DNA of 64,000 nt from Mobula birostris (lineage: Eukaryota): positions 49,500,329 through 49,564,328 of the forward strand of contig NC_092402.1 of NCBI RefSeq assembly GCF_030028105.1, read 5' to 3'. This document shows positions 12,127-25,200 of the stretch, piece by piece. The number at the start of each line of letters is the position of its first letter. Positions within the stretch are counted from its first letter, which is position 1. A model generated the notes under the pieces. That model was not told the origin of the DNA. It saw nothing but the letters and a program-made list of their open reading frames with translations, and ran no database searches. The translations under genes and the position numbers were made by a program.

Positions 12127-13256
12127 CTGCCGGAAAAAAGAAATCGAAGTTCTTGTTACGGTGTTTGTGATTTGAACACCCCATAAATTGTTCGTTGTAT
12201 TATTGCGGTTGACGCAGGTAGTGCTCAGCCCTGATTGTCACAATCTGGCCGTAGCGCCGGGTCTGAACTTCCTCGCATCCAGGGGCTATTGAGAATTTCT
12301 TCTTTGTCATTCTGTCGCATTCATTACTACCCCATCCTCCGCCTCCCACCGCATGCCAATCTCCGTCGCACAGACCTCAGCGCAACAATTTATCTTTTAA
12401 AGGACCTACAGTTGTCAAACAAAAGAGCTAGATCAGGTGATGTTGGGGAAGGTATCAAATGTTGGGTCACAGAGAATATTAAGAAAAAACTGCAGATGCT
12501 AGAAATCGGAAATGAAGACAGAAGCTGTTGGAAACACTCAGCAGGTCGGGCAATATCTGTGTGTGTGTGAAGACAGAGAGAGACAGAGAGGTGAGAAAGC
12601 CCACTAATATGGGGCGGTGGAGTGAATGTTCTTTTGATCTTTCGAACCAAAGCCCTGCGTTAGGGTAAGGGTGATAATATCTGTAGGGAGAGAATGAGGA
12701 GAGTCCAAAATTTTGCGGGCATTTATACGAATTCGATTGAGTTCTGTTGAGGTTTCAGTGAGCACATGCAGACTACCTCCGTTTAGGTTGCGAGGGAATC
12801 TTAGTTTATTCCACACGATTGGTACATTTATCTACGAAACTAATCGTCTGAAGATTTGAGAATTACCATAGGAAATAAGTTATCCCAATATACCATCATT
12901 TTGTAATCAGTTTAAGTTAATAGTTTTGTATGGATTTGAAAGCTTCATACATAGAAAGCAAGTTCAAAATTATTGAAAGTGATTTAAACCTTACCTAAAT
13001 TATTGTAAAATTGAACTAATTAAGCTCTAAATAATAACAAATATAATTATGGAAATTCATTATTGCGAAGTTTTTTTGTATATTTAGTTCATTTTCTAAA
13101 CAATTAAACGCTTAAAGATGCAGTGTAAGTTTGCTTTACAGCACTTAATTGAGAAATACCGATTTCTTCTAGTGCAAACTTTCTTTGTAGTGGGATTACT
13201 TATTGATTAAGCCTTAAACAAATTGGGCAAATAATATTCAATTTGCAGCAACTCAC

Positions 13257-13409
13257 CGGTCTATGTGTGTAGTTAAAAATCTTTGAAGTGAGATTCCTGG
13301 AAAGAGTTCGACAGGATATCCAACTGGGCCGCTGATCTGATTCTGATTCCGCGACGCCGGCCACACCGAGTAGCCAGACCAGCGCTAGCACCCCGAAGCA
13401 TCCCTCCAT
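13257..13409 (-). CDS. IL23A: Interleukin-23 subunit alpha (p19), coding exon 1 (signal peptide + helix A)
   Basis: ATG at 13409 gives MEGCFGVLALVWLLGVAGVAESESDQRPSWISCRTLSRNLTSKIFNYTHRP (51 aa). It has a hydrophobic signal peptide, and PSWISCRTLSRNL resembles human p19 PAWTQCQQLSQKL. Donor CCG|GTGAGT, phase 0. Head-to-head with PAN2 as in mammals. Confidence 0.9.
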
Positions 13410-13495
13410 CACTCCTTGAAAAAAAATCACAGCTAAACACTGAACCACAGCAGATTGTCGAACACAATCCAATACAAGGCACAGCAGATCCCGCC

Positions 13496-13530
13496 TTTAT
13501 ACTGACCTACACGTTAGAGCGGAATTTCCC
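13496..13530 (-). promoter_or_regulatory. IL23A: IL23A core promoter: TATAAA (13501-13496) and NF-kB site GGGAAATTCC (13530-13521)
   Basis: Perfect TATA box about 87 nt upstream of the ATG, with a consensus kB decamer 20 nt further upstream. Typical of inducible cytokine promoters. Confidence 0.75.
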
Positions 13531-13803
13531 AGTTCAAGTTCGGAAAGCGCGGTTTCTTTACAAATAACGTACCTACACCAATGTACCTGTCTCACTCATG
13601 TCCACCGCATCCTGAACAAAAACACCCAACCCACGCTTTCCACTGGATAGTCATATGTTCAAAAAAGATTAGTTGATTGTATTTGGTTATTCGAGCTTGC
13701 ATCAGCAACTGGATTACGAATTCCTCTAGTCTTTATTGCTTAAGAAATTTCGGTGAGCGATTAATTTCCTGCGGACGTTTTATTTCCCTCATCTGCATAA
13801 AAT

Positions 13804-14583
13804 TGTCATGGTCTGGATTGGGTTCCCTTTAAATTTACTTTGTTTGTGTTACGATCCGGACCGTTGACTCCCTGTTTCCCTTTGATTCCCTGTTTTCCCG
13901 TGTCCCTTGGGCTTGGTGATTAGAGGCAATTTACCCTCGGCTGAACCGACAGTTTATCAGTCTCCGGCTTTCAGTCGTTCGGGGCCAGAACGTTAATAAA
14001 GTCACCGAAGGTAGTGAGAGTCACTGTCATCTGGCCAGAGCCAACTAAGTTTCTTGCTGGAGCAAGCGCCAGCAAGCCTCCTTCCCTTGTCAGTACGGGT
14101 CAAAGTTAACCCGCTGGAGGTGAGTTAAGAGCTCGCCGCGGCTTGGAGCGTACTTGGGCCCAGTTATAGTTCTGTCCATTGTTGTGTGGTCTCCGTATCC
14201 ATGTCCTACGTCTAAAAGGGGTCCCAGCCCTGTACCCTGGAAGGGTCCTGACCCTGTGTCAAGAAGTGTCCTGACTCCGTCCTGTGTCTGAGGAGGATTC
14301 CCGGCTCAGTGTTTTATGTCCTGTGCCTGAGTCTGTCCAATGAATAAGAGGCCCTGGCTCTTGAGGTTTCAAGTATCGAGCCCTGGCACTGGAGGTCCGT
14401 GTTCCGAGTCTTAAGCCCAGACCCTTAGTCCCAGCCTAGTCCAGGGCCTGAGTCCTTGTCCATTACGCTATTCCCGCTTCTGCCTTGCTCTCCTTGTAAC
14501 GAGCAATATATCAGTTTAGTTAACCTCACAAGAGGTGTTAGTGTCTTGCACTTGGGTCCACCCTTGCTCCCCACCTTGTGACA
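13804..14583. mobile_element. Solo LTR (780 bp) just upstream of the IL23A promoter
   Basis: TGTCA...TGACA termini, 5-bp TSD AAAAT (13799-13803 / 14584-14588), GC-rich internal short repeats. Confidence 0.8.
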
Positions 14584-17500
14584 AAAATAGTTGTCAATTT
14601 AAGGGCAAAAGGGAAAACTGATGACAAAGTGTAAAATCTGGAGTTTTGGCTGGAAATTATTTCCTTCTCCAAATTAATAAGTACTTCAAATGAGTTGAGG
14701 GTGTTCAAGTGAACATGAAGAATGTGACAATATCCTAATGGTGTGTGAGGAAACTAACATTTCTCTTGAAATGTCATGCATTTTTTTAAAAAAAAGTTTC
14801 ATCAGAATATTTGCCCGTTTTCTGGAGAAATTAAAAATGCTCTAAATACTGGGAGTCAGACGGAGATTTCACTGAATTTAATTACTGATTTAACTAATTT
14901 TACCTTTCACCTTTTAGCTACGAGTATCAAATCATAGGGAAGAAAGCTGAGTAAATTCAATTAAGGTGCAGATCTGCCATCTTTAGCCCCCTTTTTCAGT
15001 CTGTAGTTCCATGAGAATCTCTTTCAATGTTTTATTACAAAATGCTGGTGTATAAGCAGCTGAATTTGGGCTGGGTGATCTGTGGTGAAATTCTGAGGAT
15101 TGAGCAACAGAAAGCTTCACAAAGAGCTGTGGTGAAGAAAGATGAGGTTACTGGACTGGTAATTTGATTCAAAGGCAGTCATGGGTAGGCAAGATAAATG
15201 CTGACCTTGCCAGCTATGTCCACAGGCCATGAACAAATAAAAAGGAACTGAAAGAGGTTGAAATAAAGCAATTTTGTCAGATAAAAACAGCATGTAAAAA
15301 TAGAAAAGGAACTTCTCCCACTTAGAGGCTCCAGCCCATTTTAGATGGACAGATCACCTGTAGACACTTGCAATTTCAGGCACTAACAGTCTTTCCTCTT
15401 TTAACATATGCAGAGGAGAATAAGCAACTATCCACTGTTGATAGCTGAGCATAGTTAACATTTCCTGTATGTGTTGTTGAGATGGCACAATATGAGCAGG
15501 ACAGGTTACAGCTCTGAGGTTGAATATTTGAGTTGATGCTTTCATGATCTCAGCTAGTCTATTCCTTACAGTGGCAGAGAGCTGGATATTTCCTTATTTG
15601 GGAAAAGGAGGACTGCAGCATGCTCTCCTGATAACTGCTATGTACCACTCACATACCACAAAATCATGAAATTCCTGAACAATGGAATTCTCTCCCATGC
15701 ACTCTGACTTAGTTATAGTCCAAGGACCAGATAAGTTCCTTAAAAAGACCAAAAATATTTCACCTTGAAAAATTACACATTTCTATGTTCTAAAATTCAA
15801 GACAGTAGTACGGTAAGAAGGAAGGTTGTTTGAGACTAGAAGCAAAGAAGTTTTAAGAGTTTATCGGTTTCCACAAAAAAAAATACCCAACAAGATTTAC
15901 CTATAGGATTCCCAATTTATTCTAATTTCTCCTGGCCCTTCATGGAGCTAGATCTGTGCAAATTTCCTCCATTCAGACTTTTCAACCCAAATTATAAACA
16001 TTGTTTAAAGCATACTTTCTTAGAGTTTTAAGGAGATTCTGCAGATCATTGAGGACACTGCAAAGCTTCTACTGATGTGCTGTAGAAAACATTTTGACTG
16101 CTTGCTTCATGGCTTGGTCTGGAAACTCCAATGCACAGGAATGCAGGGAGAGTACAGAGAGTGGTGGACTTGGCCAGCTCCATCTCATGTACAGATCTCC
16201 TCACCAACAAGGACATCTACAAGAGTTGATGCCTCAGGAATATGACATCATGTCCTCTTCTCCTTGCAGTCATCAGCCAGGAGGTACAGGAACCTCACGC
16301 CTTAAGGTTCAACAATAGTTTCTTCCCTTATGCCATGAGGTTCTTGAACTGACCTGAAAATTCTTAACACTACCTCGGAATATATTTCTTTCTCTTTTCC
16401 CTCAACATTCATTAATGTTGTATCTATTTTGTCATCTAATTTATATATAATTTGTTAACTTCAGTTTATACTAATTCATGTTTGTCATGTACTACGCTGC
16501 TGCAAAAAAGATCATTTTCATGGCATTGAGTATGTATGCCTAAGAAAACCAACTTAAACTTGAATAACTAAAAATAAAACAAGAAACTGCAAATCCTGGA
16601 GATCTGGAAAAAAAACAGGAAATCTGAATCAAAAACCGAAAATGCTGCAAAACTCAACAAATCAAGCAGCAACTGTGGACAAGAAAACTAAACGATCGCA
16701 AGCAGAAAGATTGACTCTTTCTCAACATTAAGACATGTTCAAAACTATTTGTGGAAATAATGAAGCATGCTACCACACAACAGGAAATTCTGGGACCCCT
16801 TTTTTACTTCCTGATATAATCTCTCAGTCCTCTCATTTGCAGTGAGAAAGTGGTCAATTCACATGATTGTTTCCCCATAATCCAATTGTGCATTCCCTGA
16901 GTGATTCTGGTCACTTACCTAGATCTCATCAGGAGCTGCAATCTTTTTTGCACTGCTGATGAATTTTCAGCGATTCAGGAATAGCTTCTTCCCCTCTGCT
17001 ATCCAATTCCTAAATGAACATTGACCCCATGAACACTACCTAACTTTTTAAATATATGTTATTTCTGTTATTGCACAATTTATATTCTGTTCAATATACA
17101 TAGACAGTAATTTATTTATTATTATCATTTTTTGTCTTCCTCTTCTATATTATGTATTGCATTGAACTGCTGCTGCTAGTTAACAAATTTCACATCACAT
17201 GCTAGTGATAATAAACTTGATTCTGATCCTAAGTGTGGATCCCTTACTTTTCTCATGTTCCATCCATATTAGTTTCTTTCAAATTAAGTAATGCTCTTTT
17301 CTTGGGTGGTTTTCTCCTCGTGTAGAGTGAACTTCATCTGCCACCGGTCTGTCCAATTCCAAAGTATATTCAAACCAATCCTGCTTTGGAATCTATTGCC
17401 CTTTATTAGCTTTGTATCATCTGAAAAGTTAGATATTGCACTTGTGCTTGGTATCTTCAGATAATTTACAAAGTTATTAAACCAAATGCATTTCTGCCTA

Positions 17501-18479
17501 TGTGTCACAGGCTTGCTCTTTCCTGGTTTCATAGAAACTTAAAAATTACTGATATAGTAATAAATCATTCAGCTCTTCTAGTTCATGCCTCTTCATCCCA
17601 CTCATCCTCTTTGTTTCTTAATATCACTACAAAGCTTTCTATTATACTTCCCTTCTCTCGTCATATTTGATTCAAGAATTTCTTTCACAGTGCAGAAGTG
17701 ACATTTAGTAGTAAATCAATCTCACTCTGTGTCATTTTCCTTCATCACCTATAAAGTTTTTGTCTTCCTCTTTATGAGTTTCATGACTGTTCCATAGTTC
17801 TTCCAAGCTCCCAGGCATATCCATGTCTCCAAGGACATTTAGATTTGATAAACACTTCAAAGTGGCCCTTTGGAAATCTGACAGTTTTGTTTGGGTTTTA
17901 GTGATGTCTCCAGTGCCAGATGCACTCATATTCACCAGTACTAAAGCTTCACCTATATCAAACAGAGTGTATGTCATTCTTAAAGAATAGTTTAGACAAG
18001 CATTTGGTATAAGGATAACTATTTGGCTGGAAAGGTTGGTTAGTTAAATAGCCACTATAAACTGTCCATAGTATGTAGGTGAGTGATAAAATCTGTTGGT
18101 GGGAATGTGGGAAGAATTAAAACTGGAATTAATGTAATGGTAATTGGATGGCTGATGGCTGACACAGACTTGGATAGCTGTGCTCTATCTCTACATAACT
18201 ATAAAACATCAACATGATCAGATTGTTTGGGTGTTTATATGCTCTATTATAGGTGACAATAGCAGCTTGATTGTAGTACTTCTATCTCTAAGACACAGGC
18301 TTGTAGCTTCAAATCCACTTCTGAGCCTTGAGCACATATTCCAGGATGGCATCCATGACTGTTGGAGGTGCCATCTTTCAGATGAGACATTAACCCAAAG
18401 TCTTGTCCTCTCTCTCAGATGGATGTAATAGATCTCAAGGCATGATTAAAATGTTGTCCTGGTCAATATTTATGACTTC

Positions 18480-19200
18480 AGGAAGGATGGGCGGGGGGGG
18501 GGGAGGGGGGGAGGGTGCACATGCTCCTGTCTACGTCAACAATACTGAGGCTGAGAGGGTTGAGAACTTCAATTTTCCAAGTGTGAACATCACCAATATC
18601 CTGCCCTGGTCCAACCACATTCCAGAAAGCTCACCATGAAGACTGTTCAGCCTTACCGGTTGTTATCAATTCACCATAGAAAGCATTCTGTCTGGATGCA
18701 TAATGGCTTAGTATGGAAACTGCTCTGCCCGTGACTGCAATAAACTGCAGAGAGTTGTAGACACAACTCAGCACATCACGGAAACGAGCTTCCTGTCTAT
18801 GGACTCTATACTTCTCACTGCCTCAGTAAAGCAGTCAACATAAACAGAGATCCCACCCAGCCCGAACATTGTCTCTTCATCTCTCTCCTATCGGACAGAA
18901 GATACAAAAGCCTGAAAGCATGTACCACCAGGCTCAAGGACAGCTCCTATCCCACTGTTATCAGACACCTGAACAAACCTCTTGCATGATAAGATAGACT
19001 ATTGGCCTTGTTGTGATCTTGCTCTTTATTGTTTACCTACATTGCACTTTTTGGTAGCTTTTGCACTTTATCCTGCATTGTTATTGTTTTGCCTTGTTCT
19101 ACCTAAATGCACTGTTTAATGATCTGATCTGAATGGACCGTATGCAAGACAGGCTTTTCACTGTATCTTGGTACACGTGACAGTAATAAACCAATTCCAA
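18480..19200 (+). mobile_element. Rex1/Babar-like LINE 3' fragment
   Basis: Degenerate ERVENFNFP.VNIT...IESILSGCI.AWYGN...LPSGRRY.SL motifs shared with other copies (16040-16560, 22500-23020, 35570-36460 minus, 42300-43745, 52075-52440 minus). Confidence 0.7.
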
Positions 19201-20708
19201 TAACTTTGACCAAGATCAATAAATCTAATTTATCTGATTGTTTTTGCATTGATATTAGTGGGAACTTGCTGTACAGATTAGTAGCTATCTCTCCTGCAGT
19301 ACAACAATGCAGTCATGAAAGGTGCTATAGAAAGTCTTGCTTTTTTAAGGTCAAGAAATACAACATTTTGTATGCTATGTGATACTGTAGAATGTAATTT
19401 TAAAACTGGATTGCAATCCAAGGGTTTATTGTGTAGTTTCCATTGGGATGTCAAGTAGCTTTCCGGTCCTCCATGCATACTGCAGGCTCACTCACAGAGG
19501 TACAGGGCAAAACTGGGTACTGAGACAGAATCAGATCTCCACGATGTGATGCTGTTTTGTCACCATGGAGCTCAATACCTGGATCTCCTTGCCAGTAGGC
19601 CACCTTGAAAGATTCAACTCACAGATTGCATCAAAATCACTCCCATCCCACCTTCTTGGGTCTCCTATGGACTCCCCTTCACCAGACCCTCCAAAATTCT
19701 GAACCTCATCTGCTTCTTTGTGACTCCAAAACCTCCACAATGAGGCACAGAACAAAGCTTAAAGGTGTTTTTGAATGTTAGCTTTCTTGAAGCCATTGGT
19801 CATTCCTTAGCATCTTCCAAATGTTATAGCAACAGCCTTTAAATAGACTAAAAAATAAGCTGCTGAAGGAACTCAGGTCAGATTGGGGGTGTTAAGTTTA
19901 AGGCCCATCACTCATTTGCTTTAGTGAACAAGTCAACAATGTCTTGGAGCTCCATTTTCAAGTGTGTCAAGACACAAGTATCATCTGCATACTGCAGGAA
20001 TCTGACAAATATGGGTCTAGGAGGGAAGGGGGATCACCGGAAGCATCTCTTTATTGGGCATAATAGACCCTATATCCTATTACACTGCAAATTTCTGTGA
20101 GCATCCCTTTAATTCCTTTATAAGTAATCATTTTAATTTCATAATAAGAATGGTCTGGGGATTGCTGGCAGACTTAGTGCTGAAGTTTGATTCACCAAAT
20201 GATCTTGTAAATCTGCTATGGATGGAACCCATCTTTATCATTTACAACCATGTGCAAATTAGAATGCTTGCTGGCTGCTGAGGGATTTCATAAACCCTTC
20301 CTCGCTTAGCCACCACAAGACAAGATCAGTACACTATTAGTTGGCGGTTCACTTTAAAATCATGACTTACAATATCTAAATTTAAACAGCATGTACATAA
20401 ACAGTTGTTGATGGATACTAATGAAGAGAGGGCTAACTAAAATATGTGGGTAGATTGTATGAGTAGTTCAGTGAATCAGTGGTTCTGAAGTTACTATCAG
20501 TGTATGAGACCAATATAGTTAAGTGAATTAGTTCAAAGTTTGGCTGTCAAGAGAAGTGAAGAGCATAATATCACTAATTTTCATAAACTTGTTCTGATAA
20601 TCTGAGTGGTTGAGTTGATGTTTTGCCTCTCCAGCATTATAGTGCATCAATTAGTTATGCTATGCCACAGCTCCAGGGAACCAGGTTTGATCCTGACATG
20701 CAGTGCTC

Positions 20709-20722
20709 TGTGTGTGTGTATG

Positions 20723-20768
<46 letters not shown>
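20709..20768. repeat. (TG)n/(TA)n compound microsatellite inside an HE1/V-SINE-like element (~20640-21030)
   Basis: Direct reading. Confidence 0.85.
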
Positions 20769-20769
<1 letters not shown>

Positions 20770-22129
20770 AATATTTTTTTTTTTTCATTCTCCCTGTGAC
20801 AGTGTGGGTTGCTCAGGTTTCCCCTCAAATCTCAAAGCGGCCCTGATGCTTGAACTGGCTACTGTAAATTATCCCATCATGAAGGTAAAAGAATCCCATG
20901 GGGTGTTGATGAAGAGAGAATGAGTTAACGGAAAATGGAAAACAATGCGAGGGGAGGGGAAATGGGATAATAGGATTGCTGTACTGGGAGCCAGCATAAT
21001 CTGAATGGTATCCTTCTGTGTTGTTATAATTAAATCAGTAATCTCTATATCTTTTGTCTTGGAAGGCATTCTTTCAATTCTGGCTCTTTCTCCATTTCCA
21101 CTTTTTTGGTGACTACGTTGGCAGTCATGCCCCGACTGTTTAGACCAGGGATTCCCACCATGGACCAATACCATCAAGCAAGGGGTCCGTGCATCCCTGG
21201 TTGGGAACCCTTGGTTTGGATGCAGAATGGAACGTACAGTGCTTACCAACCATCCCCACCCCTCCCCCAAACTTCCTGCTTCACTCACCTTCTGAAGACT
21301 CTCACTAAAGCCCACTGCTTTCGGCCACCTGTCCTAATACCACCTCCTCTAGCTCAGCGTTAGATCTCATTGATTTACCCTGTTTAAGATGTAATGGTTG
21401 TTGTAGCATTTTCATTACTAAGAACACTTTACAGTCAACAAAATACTTCCAAAGTGTAGTTTCTGTAGTTATCTTGAAAACGTAGAAGCCAATTATCTAC
21501 AGTAAGCTCCCAGCAAATGCAATGTGATAATGACCTAAAAATCTGTTTCAGTTGCAGTATGTTGGCAGAGGTTTAAACATTGGCTCTAGAATATTGTTTT
21601 TTAAAAAAAAACCCTTTCTCACTTATATAGTGCTGTAGGATCTTTTATCTCGGGCTGAGAGATTGGTCTGGACTTTGGTCCAACACTTCATCTGAAAGAC
21701 ATCACCAGTTCATAAACTCCACTGCATGGCGAAGGAATAATGGCTGTTAGCAGCACTGGTCACAACACGCTGGAGGAACTCAGCAAGTCAGGGAGCATCC
21801 GTGGAAAAGATCGGTCGACGTTTCAGGCCTGAACCTTTCGTCAGGACTGGTAATCTAGATGCCTGGATTAATGGTCCAGAGACATGAGTTCACATACCAC
21901 CATAGAATTTAAATTTGGTTGATAATCTGGTTAAAAATAAACAATTAGTATTAATAATACTGACCATGTAACATCCAGATTTTCACAAAAGCCAATCTGG
22001 TTCAGTAATGTCCTTCAAAGAAGGAAATCTTTCATCCTTATCTGGTTGAACCTATACCTGGCTCTGGAATGACAACAATAGGCTTGGCCCTTTGAAATAG
22101 CCCAGCAAGTCTCTCAGTTGTACCATGGT

Positions 22130-22490
22130 GGTGGCATCCGTTAGTCTCGCGAGACCATGGATCAGCGTCTGGAAAGTCTTGCTCCAGTCTGTGTTGGTAG
22201 AGCAGCGTCTGTTGTAGCTGTAGAGTCCCACACGGGAGTGACAGTCTCGGCTGCAGCAACTGCACTTGAAGGTGCTGTCCTCCAGTGTTGTCTTGGTGCT
22301 GTTTTTCCGACGAGTGTGCTTTTCTTCAGCAGCAAGCCTCAGCTTCTCTTCTCCTCTTTTTAGACCTCTGCGTAGTTTCAGCCTCCAGCGAGAGCAATTG
22401 CTTGCAATGTCCTCCCACCTCTTGACATTCATGTTCAGTGACTTCATGTCTCTCTTGCAGAAATCTTTGTAACCCTGAGTATTTCTACCA
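22130..22490 (-). mobile_element. RTE-clade LINE 3' end
   Basis: YKDFCKRDMKSL...WEDIASNCSRWR...FKCSCCSRDCHSRVGLYSY (RTE C-terminus with zinc-finger-like tail), followed by 3' UTR. Confidence 0.8.
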
Positions 22491-24639
22491 GCTAAGGACA
22501 CAAATCAAAGGTGGTGGTGAATCAGCATATAGGAGGGAGATTGAAAATCTGACTGAGTGACACCACAACAACAACCTCTTGCTCAATGTCAACAAGTCCA
22601 AAGAGCTGATTATTGACTTCAGGAGGAGGAAACTGGAGGAGGAAGGTACAGGAGCCTCAGGACTCACACCACCAGGTTCAGGAACAGATATTACCCCTCA
22701 ACCATTGGGCTCTTGAACCAAAGGGGATAACTTCACTCAACTTCACTCGCCCCATCACTGAAATGTTCCCACAACCTATGGACTTACTTCCAAGGACTCT
22801 TCATTTCATCTTCTCGATATTTATTGCTTGTTTATTTGTTGTCATTATTATTATTTCTTTCTTTTTGTATTTGCAGTTTGTTGTCTCTTGCACGCTGGTT
22901 AAACACCCAAGTTGGTGCATTCTTTCACTGATTCTATTGTTATTCTATTCTGAAATGAATCTCAGGGTTGTAAATGGTGACATATATGTACTTTTATAAC
23001 AAATATAATTTGAATTTTGAACTTAGGAGCATGATAGAATACTCTTCATTTGCCTAGACATACAGCAACTATCAAGAAGCTTGGCACCATCTAAGACAAA
23101 GTATGCAGCCCATTTGATTGACACTTATCCATCACACTAAACAATCACTTGCTCCACCACTGGTGCACCATGATTTAGTGGAATCACTATGGAACCATCT
23201 ACAAAATGCACCCTGATTGCATCTCTCAAACCCATGACCTCTATAGCCAAGAAGGACAAAGGCAGCAGATGCACAGCAATACCACAACCTGCAGGTCCCC
23301 CTTCAAGTCACACACTATACTGTCTTGGAAATATTTCGCTGTTGCTTCATCACTGCTGGATCTAAATACTGGAATTTCTTGCCCAACAGCACTGCAGGAA
23401 TACCTTCACCAGGAGTGCAGCAGTTGCAAAAGACCGCTCACCTCCTCCTTCTCAAGGATAGTTAGGGTAGCCTTGCTAGCAAACCGGAGAATCCAAAAAA
23501 TTAATTTTGAAATGTTCCAACACAGTAACAGGATACCTAATTATGGGCAGAATGGAGTAGTCCTGGGAGTCCTCAACATTAATGCCACACCCCATGAAGT
23601 CTTATAGCATTTGTACAAACACGGGCAAGGAAATCTCCTCATGACTACAAGTTACCGTTCTTATTCATCTGATGAATCAGTGCCCCTCCAGGATGAATAG
23701 CACTCAGAGAAAAGCACTAAGGTAGCAAGGGCACAGAATGTCCTTTGGGTGTGGACTTCAATGTCCATCACTAAGAGTAGTTTGCTTACACCAGCACTGA
23801 CTGAACCAGACAAGTCCTGGAGGACATACTTGCCAAAATTTCTACAGCAGAAGGTGAGTGAACAACATTAGGGATAAACCTGCTTGGTGCCCGGATCAAA
23901 GGCACCACCTGTAGTTGTGAATGGTAGAAGACAATTATATAGCTCGTTGCAAGAGGAAGATCTAGAAATATCCCCACCTCAATAATAGCCCTACACATGA
24001 GTGTTAACAACAAGACTGAAGCATTCAGTCTTGTGAATCCATCTTTGCCTCCTCCTGAGACCTCACCATTACAGAAGCCAGTCTTCACCAAATTTGCTTC
24101 ACTCCATGTAATATCAAGGTAAAACTGTGAGCACTGGATTATGGGGTAAAGTATGAGGTAGTAAATTGGATTGGATGAGAAAGTGGTAAACTGGATCAGC
24201 AAATTTGCAGATGGCACCAAGGTTGAGGGTGTAGTGGACAGCAAGGAAGGCCATCATGGCTTGCCTCCTGAAATGCCAAGATATGACTATTTCCAACAAG
24301 AGGCAGTCTAACCAATTGTTCAATGATATTACCATTGCTAGGTCCTTAACTATCAACATCCTGTGTGGTTATCATTGACCAGATATTCTTGGAGCAAGTA
24401 ACTTGCCTTTTGACACTCCAAATCCTTTCCATGCCTACCTATGAGACACATGTCAGGAATGTGATGGAATACTTTCCACTTGGCTGAATGAATGCAATTC
24501 CAAAAGTATTCAGGATAAACCAGCTGGCTTGATTGGCAGCCACTCGAAACATTCATTCCCTCACAGTGGCTGCAGTATATACCATCTACAAAATGCACTA
24601 CAGATGCTCATCTAGGCTACCCTGGCTGTCATTGCCAGA

Positions 24640-25200
24640 ATTAGGTTATTTGGCCCATTAAATCTATTCCAACATTTCATCATGGCTGATTTATTTTCCC
24701 ACTCAATCCCATTCTCCCACCTGCTCTCCGTAACCTTTTATGCTCTTACTAATCAATAACCTATCAACCTCTACTTTAAATGTACCCAGTGATCTGGCCT
24801 CCACAGATGTCCGTGTCAATGAATTCCACATTTCACCACCCTCTGGCTAAAGAAATTCTCCTCAAATTCTGTTCTAAAGGGGCGTCCTTTTATTCTGAGG
24901 CTGTGCCCTCCAGTTCAAGACTCCCCCACTGTTGAAAACATTCTCTCCATGTACACTCTAGCTAGGCCTTTCAGTATACAGAAGGTTCCAATAATATTGC
25001 CCCTCGTACTTTTAAACTTCAGTGAGTACAGGCCCAGAGCCATGAAATGCTCCTCATTCCAGGGATCATTCTCGTGAACCTCCTCTGGACCCTCTCCAAC
25101 ACTAGCACATTTTTGCTTAGATAAGGGGCCCAAAACTGCTGTAATACCGAAGTCTTATAAAGCTTCAATATTACATCCGTACTGTTATATTCTAGTCGTC
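24640..25200 (-). mobile_element. CR1 LINE 3' fragment
   Basis: LGLYSLKFKSTRGNIIGTFCILKG motif and CR1 3' UTR. Confidence 0.75.

Noticed and set aside
8193-13409. Alternative identity as IL6, CSF3 or IL12A
   Set aside because: The four coding exons, the CDP and ARVFxH motifs, the helix-D Trp and the head-to-head position with PAN2 all fit IL23A better.
13410-13472. N-terminal extension in ORF 13200..13472
   Set aside because: It starts at a non-ATG codon at about the expected TSS. The ATG at 13409 directly precedes the signal peptide.
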